The notes below the pieces were generated by a model, which saw nothing but the letters and a program-made list of their open reading frames with translations, was not told the origin of the DNA and searched no databases. From positions 682,001-746,000 of the forward strand of contig CBFDEM010000054.1 of NCBI GenBank assembly GCA_965603825.1: a stretch of 64,000 nt of DNA, given 5' to 3'. Origin of the DNA: Blepharisma stoltei ATCC 30299 (lineage: Eukaryota > Protista > Ciliophora). The translations under genes and the position numbers were made by a program. Positions within the stretch are counted from its first letter, which is position 1. Every line of letters starts with the position of its first letter. Shown here in pieces: positions 58,482 to 64,000 of this stretch.

Positions 58482-58644
58482 TTTCTTTACTTATATTTAG
58501 AGATTTAGGGTAACTTAATAATTTTTTTTTGTATTAACCGTTATATTTTTGCATTAAATTAATATAAAATTGCTGCAGAATTCAATTAATCGAAACTTTG
58601 AATTTATTATAATTTCTTAAAAACCATTTAATAGCATAAAATAA

Positions 58645-59586
58645 TTACTTATGCTCAGATATCGTTGAATAAGGAGACGCCGACAAAGTCGTATAAGGAG
58701 AATAAGCTGATTCAGTTGTTGCATCTGAAATTGTGCTTTGAGCCTCTGACGAATTCCCTGATGAAGGAATACTTGACGCTGTTGACCCTGAGCTTGAATA
58801 ATTGCTTGACTGTGAACTTCTAGCTAGCACAGCCTTTAAGTCTTCTTTATACGTCTTTCTCAGTGGCTGGACATCTGAAGAGTTATGGACTTCTGAGACT
58901 TGTGGTGCTGCCTTACTTACCTCATATTTCGGGATTTTTTTCTTAAAATTCCCTCTAAATACCTCAATAAGGTTCCTGAGTTCATAGAAATGGGCCTTAT
59001 TTTCGTTTTCTCTTTCAATTGATATTTCTGAGTCTTCACTAAGCTCATTGAATAGTTTTATTGATAAGTCAAAAGATACTAGACAAAGTCTGCATGACAA
59101 GGAATATAAGTCGCCTCTTATTTGGTTGCCATGAGGCGTCTCTTCAAGGAAAATATTTTCGAAAGCCTGCATAGAGACGTCTGAAGGGTACCTAAGAATG
59201 TCTTGGATTTTGGTAGCCCCAACACAAGGGATTTTATTTATGCGAGTTACTTTGTGAATAAAGCGTCTATATTCTTCTTGAACCATCCTCAAGTTTTTGA
59301 GTGTAGTATCAAAGGCTTCCTGCATTTTTTTCATTTCGTTAAAGACAGTTTCCTCAACAAAATTCCCTAGGGCTGTCAAAGTGTCTAGTCTTTTGTTTAA
59401 GAAGTTCAGCATATCGTTCTTAGAAAGCTGGTTTGGCTCAGTATACATTGGTAATGCTTCATGGCCAGTCTCTTGCTGATGGTTTGTAATGTGCTTTGAG
59501 CACAGATAAATCCCTGGAGAACAGGTAGAGCAGATATATTCCACATGGTCTTTGCACGTGGTGAAATTGCATGGCCAGATGTCCAT
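58645..59586 (-). CDS. B-box-like Cys/His finger and coiled-coil protein with Ser-rich tail
   Basis: C..C..CSTC..LCSKH..H..H; ILRYPS is shared with ILKYPS in 56239. Confidence 0.8.
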   Translation of the reverse strand: MDIWPCNFTTCKDHVEYICSTCSPGIYLCSKHITNHQQETGHEALPMYTEPNQLSKNDMLNFLNKRLDTLTALGNFVEETVFNEMKKMQEAFDTTLKNLRMVQEEYRRFIHKVTRINKIPCVGATKIQDILRYPSDVSMQAFENIFLEETPHGNQIRGDLYSLSCRLCLVSFDLSIKLFNELSEDSEISIERENENKAHFYELRNLIEVFRGNFKKKIPKYEVSKAAPQVSEVHNSSDVQPLRKTYKEDLKAVLARSSQSSNYSSSGSTASSIPSSGNSSEAQSTISDATTESAYSPYTTLSASPYSTISEHK

Positions 59587-59910
59587 ATTTAATCACTATA
59601 TAATTGAACAATCAGATTACTAAAATTATTTTTGATAAAATATATTTTGCAGATAATTTTATTAAACTATTATAGTAAGCAGCATAAAAACTTGGATTTT
59701 TAGTAATTTAGTATTCCAGTTAATTACAATGAAGGAATTTTATTTTAATTTAGGATATAATTGTTCATTTTTCTTTTTTTATAAATTTCCTTAGAGAAAA
59801 TCTAACTTAATTTCTAAGCTAAATCCACTTATTATTTAACTAGTCTACAAGATATTAGTGCCCACTTTTAATAAGCTCCAATTCATAGATTCCATTTCAC
59901 TTTAATAAAT

Positions 59911-61356
59911 ATGGTTTCCAGAGCAAGTCCACTTGCAAACCAAGACCGAGCTAACCCACTCAACCAAGAAACAGCCAAGCGCATCCTCCAGACAATGTTT
60001 TTCATCAAGAACTCTGACAATAAGCTTGTCCAATCCCTTCTTGAAAAAAACCAAGACAGATGGGCAGATCTCCCAGAATTTTTTGTCTGGTGTATCCTCT
60101 CAGGAAACTTAGAAACAGCATCATTTTTGCTGTCTAGAGGAGTATCCCTTGAGCACCCACCAGTCGCAGTATCTCCAGGCTACACCCAAACCCCTGAGGT
60201 CGACAACTTCCTTAATAATTACAGACAAGCGCCCTATATCATCATGGCAGCCATTGCAGGGCAAACCCAGATTTTAGAGCTTTTGATCCAGAATGGAAGA
60301 AAAGTATCAGAGACAGGGCACATTGGGTATTCAAAGAATAAGCTTAACTCAGTCTCAGGAAATGTCCTTAGTGCTGCGATTTTTCATGAAAAAATTAATG
60401 TAGTGAGATGGCTTTTCGCGAACTTCGGCGCTGAAGAATTAGGGATTGAGACTATAATTGCTGAAGAAAAAGCTAAAGGAACCAAAGGAGGACTCAACAA
60501 AGAATACTTTGGCTTCACACCTTTATTATTAGCAGCTACAAGAAGTGGGGTCGACATTATCACAGAACTTGTAAGCCACGGTGCAAACTTCAAGGCTGTA
60601 GACTGGCAAAAAAATACAGCACTACATTTAGCCGTCAAAAGAAACGACCCTGAAGTCGCTGAATATTTCTGTAAAATTCCAAATTTCGACTTAAATGCAA
60701 GAAATCAGCTGGGACAAACTGCTTTAAGCTTGGCTAAAGAAAAGAATTTCGAGCTCGTCGATAAAGTTTTAAGCAATTATGTACAAGATTCGTCCCAGCA
60801 AATGGCGGATGAGCTTTTTAACTTGTTATCACAAGAAGAAGACAAGAAAAATAAGAAAAAACAAAAGAAAAAGAAAAAAAAGGTTGAGGAAGCCAAAGAA
60901 GTAAAAGAAGCTCCAGTTGAAGTGCAGCAGCAGCCTGAAGAAAAGAAAAAATCATTAAAAATCTTGAAATTAAGTGAAATCCCGCCACCACCGCCAAAAC
61001 CAGCTGTAAAAGTTGAAGAGAGCAAGGTAGCTGAAATTACAGAAAAAGAAAATAAGCCTGAGAAAAAAGAAGAAAAAAAGGTAGAAAAGAAAGAAACAGA
61101 GACAAATAAAAAACAAAGTGAGCCTAAGCCTAAAGAAGCAACTAAAGTAGCTGAAGTTAAAGAAGAGCCGAAAGAAGAAACAATAATTTCTCCTCAGCAA
61201 GCTGAAATAGTAGATAAAGATGCAGAAATCGCGAGATTAAATTACAGAATTTCTCTCCTTACAGGTAAAGGTGATTACACTAAACTTACTCCTAATGAAA
61301 TACAAGACTTAAAAAGCCAATTAACACAAGCCTTGGCTCAAATATCAAATCTTTAA
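59911..61356 (+). CDS. Ankyrin-repeat protein with K/E-rich tail
   Basis: GFTPLLLAA, NTALHLA and GQTALSLA. Confidence 0.9.
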   Translation: MVSRASPLANQDRANPLNQETAKRILQTMFFIKNSDNKLVQSLLEKNQDRWADLPEFFVWCILSGNLETASFLLSRGVSLEHPPVAVSPGYTQTPEVDNFLNNYRQAPYIIMAAIAGQTQILELLIQNGRKVSETGHIGYSKNKLNSVSGNVLSAAIFHEKINVVRWLFANFGAEELGIETIIAEEKAKGTKGGLNKEYFGFTPLLLAATRSGVDIITELVSHGANFKAVDWQKNTALHLAVKRNDPEVAEYFCKIPNFDLNARNQLGQTALSLAKEKNFELVDKVLSNYVQDSSQQMADELFNLLSQEEDKKNKKKQKKKKKKVEEAKEVKEAPVEVQQQPEEKKKSLKILKLSEIPPPPPKPAVKVEESKVAEITEKENKPEKKEEKKVEKKETETNKKQSEPKPKEATKVAEVKEEPKEETIISPQQAEIVDKDAEIARLNYRISLLTGKGDYTKLTPNEIQDLKSQLTQALAQISNL

Positions 61357-61375
61357 TAAAAACTTACTAAGCTTT

Positions 61376-61927
61376 TTATAATTTTCTCCTCTTATTGCAC
61401 CCGTCAATAATTTTAAGTCTTTCCACAGGGTCTCTTTTTGGTAATTTTTTCCAAAGGTCTTTCACAAATTGGTCGATTGGCTTGCTGTTAATTTCTACTG
61501 TATCATCAGGGTTTTTATAAAAAAGAACATTGAATTTTTTATCTTTGTCAGTGTTATATATAGTTCTGATAAGACCTTGTTCTTTTAATGTCGCAATGTC
61601 TTTTTCAATTCCACGATAGCAATCAAACAAATCTTGGTTTTCCGGAATCCCATGAGGGCCTGATTTAAGGAAATCCAAAAGAGAAAAACGATCATTAATT
61701 GGATAAAGCTTGTTCAGAGAAAATCGCTCCTGGACAGGGTCATAGCAAATTTTCCTTGTATCTTTAATGATGTCTAAGAGATCTTCTTTTGCGCTGATTG
61801 GGATTTTTATTATTTGTTCAATTTCTGAGAGTAATAATGGACGGCTTGCACATCTGAGACATTCAATTACTTTAAGAATGATATTGTTTACATGTGGGTT
61901 TCTCTTCTTAATTGCTTTTGCTTCCAT
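61376..61927 (-). CDS. TFIIE beta subunit-like
   Basis: Tandem winged-helix-like region, LLDFLK...GI...DI..LK..G.I, VLFY and DQFVKDLW. Confidence 0.7.
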   Translation of the reverse strand: MEAKAIKKRNPHVNNIILKVIECLRCASRPLLLSEIEQIIKIPISAKEDLLDIIKDTRKICYDPVQERFSLNKLYPINDRFSLLDFLKSGPHGIPENQDLFDCYRGIEKDIATLKEQGLIRTIYNTDKDKKFNVLFYKNPDDTVEINSKPIDQFVKDLWKKLPKRDPVERLKIIDGCNKRRKL

Positions 61928-61979
61928 ATTATAAAATATTTTTGCTAATAATTAAGTGAATTATTTAAATTTCGGTTAT

Positions 61980-62564
61980 TTAAACATATCTTTGAGATAA
62001 ATAAGTGTCATAAGTCAGCTCAAGCGCACAAGTGTCAGATTTTTCTAGCCGACTCATAACTTGAGGAGATTCGAACCGCTTTACGATGATTTTGCTTTCG
62101 ATTAAACTTGGTAGAGTCCCTGAAGATCCTATTCTTTGATCATCTTTTCCTTTAAAAGAGTCTAAATACTTAGATAACTTGCTATTAGCAGTGCTCAGCT
62201 GTAAGCAAATGCTGTCAATATTTCCTTTTCTTTTTATTTTCTTCAGTGATCTTGATAAATTTTTTTCAAAAATTTCGTGCTTGGGGGATTTTGGGGACGG
62301 GGATTGAAAAGGAGAAGGACTTTTGATTAAATTTGGTAAATTTATTTTACCTGAAGGGATTTGGGTGACAATCAATAATTTTCCTTTCTTTTTTGGTGCT
62401 TCACTTTTTCTAGATGTAGGGCTCATTAGGCTCAGTTGAGCATTTTTCAAAGGTTGATGTATGCGGACTAGTCTTGATCGGTTTTTCTTAAATTTAGGTA
62501 AGAGAAAGGTTTTAGTTTGTAGAAAAGGTGAGTCAAAGCTTTCTGTGTTCACTCCTATATCCAT
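61980..62564 (-). CDS. Hypothetical basic Ser/Pro-rich protein
   Basis: 194-aa ORF from ATG to TAA. Confidence 0.6.
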   Translation of the reverse strand: MDIGVNTESFDSPFLQTKTFLLPKFKKNRSRLVRIHQPLKNAQLSLMSPTSRKSEAPKKKGKLLIVTQIPSGKINLPNLIKSPSPFQSPSPKSPKHEIFEKNLSRSLKKIKRKGNIDSICLQLSTANSKLSKYLDSFKGKDDQRIGSSGTLPSLIESKIIVKRFESPQVMSRLEKSDTCALELTYDTYLSQRYV

Positions 62565-62845
62565 TAATAAAAGCTATCTATTTAATTACTTTTATAGCAT
62601 TATTAAAGTGCTGTCATCAAAGAAGTATTGAGCAAAAATCAAAATAATTAAAAATTATAATTTCATTGGATAAAATAAGGAATAAAGGATTTCTCAATTT
62701 CTTTAATAATGATTAATTAATTAATTGTGCTGATTATAAAGCACCAATCTTGAATAAATGCCTTTAAATTAATACTCAATTTTACTAGCATTTCCAATTT
62801 CATCTAATTTTGTATTATTTATGATAATACATTTATCATTATTTT

Positions 62846-63223
62846 CTACCCATTTAACGCATCTTCTTCACTCTTGCTTCTCATAACAGTCGGTCTCACC
62901 ATTGCTCTTCCAATGCTTCCAATCCAAGTTTCCTTATCATTTGCATCTTGAGCGCTGAAAAAGAAAACCCTGTCCCTCGTATCAATTCTAAACGCGAAAT
63001 CTTTTTTGGTCTCTTCCTCAGCTGATTTTACAGTAGAACAGTCCGAAAGCCTGATTTTCTCAGTAGCTTTTTCTCTATATGCCTGCTGTTGCTTAAAGGA
63101 CACAAGATATCGGGGAGTCAAAACCATCCACCTTCTTCGCCATTCTTTGAGGAAGCGGCTGCGTTTTTCAATCCAGCCTTCTTTGATGATGGTATCGAAG
63201 TTTTCTGAGTCTTGTCTCTCCAT
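62846..63223 (-). CDS. Stand-alone PH-domain protein
   Basis: KEGWIEKRS..LKEWRRRWMVL...F.A......W. Confidence 0.92.
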   Translation of the reverse strand: MERQDSENFDTIIKEGWIEKRSRFLKEWRRRWMVLTPRYLVSFKQQQAYREKATEKIRLSDCSTVKSAEEETKKDFAFRIDTRDRVFFFSAQDANDKETWIGSIGRAMVRPTVMRSKSEEDALNG

Positions 63224-63274
63224 TTATACTCCTATAGAAAATTATCAATGGGAAAAGCTATAAATATTTAGGAA

Positions 63275-63634
63275 ATGTTCTGGGGATGCTGCTTGAAACA
63301 AAATAAAGGGGAGGTTTTGGAAAGTAAAGGCAATGGGAGGATTTTGCATTTGTCACATGCAGTTTTGGATATGAATGGATGGAAAAGCAAGGAGTGGAAT
63401 ACAGTTTATCTGAGCTATGAAGGCAAAAAAGTGCCGATTGCAGAGCTAAATGAGACGCAGAATAGTGTTGATATTGATTTAATGATAAGCAGGACAAGTG
63501 CACCGCATTTTTCGCTGAAAGGGGCGTCTGATGTATATTTATTAGGGTATTTTGAGCCTAAAGAAGAGATTGAAGAGAAAAAACAGAAGAAAATTGTGAT
63601 TAGTGACGAAAGTGACAGTGAAGACTCAGACTAA
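63275..63634 (+). CDS. Nucleoplasmin-like (NPL) domain protein with acidic tail
   Basis: MFWG...LHLSHAVL...FSLKG..DVYLLGYF, then basic and acidic tracts. Confidence 0.85.
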   Translation: MFWGCCLKQNKGEVLESKGNGRILHLSHAVLDMNGWKSKEWNTVYLSYEGKKVPIAELNETQNSVDIDLMISRTSAPHFSLKGASDVYLLGYFEPKEEIEEKKQKKIVISDESDSEDSD

Positions 63635-63715
63635 CCTTTTTATAAATAAGCACAAACTTAAAGCCTTTTCGCTAAAACTAAATAACCTTATCCAAAAATC
63701 AATATACTTTAATAA

Positions 63716-64000
63716 ATGGAGCCTGACAAAACCCATAAGAAAGAAACCCTCAGAGACATCGCCAGATCCCACTCCTCCACGGCCAGATCCCGCAAAAAGC
63801 CTGCCCCTTCCAAAAAAATCAAGCACCTGCTCAAAGACCCTATAAATGAAGAAAAAACTGACATTGTCGAAAAACTATTTAAAAATGCCAGAGAAAACAT
63901 CGCCAAGCTGGAAGAGTAAATTTTACGCAGAGAAAAGCAGCAGTCCAAGCCTAATAAAGCAACCCCTATAGCTCCACAAATAAAAATAGAAAACGGGAAA
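63716..64000 (+). CDS. Partial gene running off the window, possibly BDP1 (TFIIIB B'')-like
   Basis: A 15-nt intron at 63916-63930 removes the TAA; continues to APQIKIENG. Confidence 0.55.
63916..63930 (+). other. 15-nt intron GTAAATTTTACGCAG
   Basis: GT-AG, removes the in-frame stop. Confidence 0.8.

Noticed and set aside
38889-61200. Antisense or alternate-frame ORFs in the track (for example 42861, 44919, 52696, 60777)
   Set aside because: F/S/L-rich shadows of K/E-rich sense genes, with no independent support.
1-64000. Treating the many TGA-interrupted ORFs as pseudogenes or selenoproteins
   Set aside because: Interruptions in otherwise intact genes are TGA and fall on Trp or other aromatic positions, not Cys. 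Recoding is the simpler explanation.
1-64000. Prokaryotic features (CRISPR, operons, IS elements), rRNA, tRNA or telomeric repeats
   Set aside because: I saw no repeat-spacer array, transposase, tRNA cloverleaf or telomere tract. The gene content is eukaryotic.

Overview
AT-rich, very gene-dense eukaryotic DNA that reads as a heterotrich ciliate macronuclear chromosome, most consistent with Blepharisma. UGA codes for Trp, UAA and UAG are the stops, and genes carry tiny GT-AG introns, mostly 15-16 nt. The supplied standard-code ORF track therefore fragments many genes and misses VPS29 entirely. Re-reading with UGA=Trp and tiny introns gives about 45 genes. These include a PHB-depolymerase-like esterase, an ELAPOR-like receptor, a 7TM protein, GEX1/Brambleberry, a membrane aspartic protease, Arp2, RPL31, a TCUP/TML-like TSET subunit, DP, VPS29, a tandem Sar1 pair, a CEP85-like protein, a kinase, a 2375-aa ankyrin-WGR-PARP, an INCENP-like protein, a RING/B-box/ZnF/DUSP protein, an enkurin-domain protein, cystathionine gamma-lyase, CAF-1A, thiolase, an amidinotransferase, TFIIE-beta and PH and nucleoplasmin-like proteins. 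There are also a four-gene cluster of unrecognised basic-head/acidic-tail proteins, two decayed protease pseudogenes, a decaying zincin-like duplication and one GC-rich candidate ncRNA island. All homology calls come from manual translation and recalled motifs; no searches were run.
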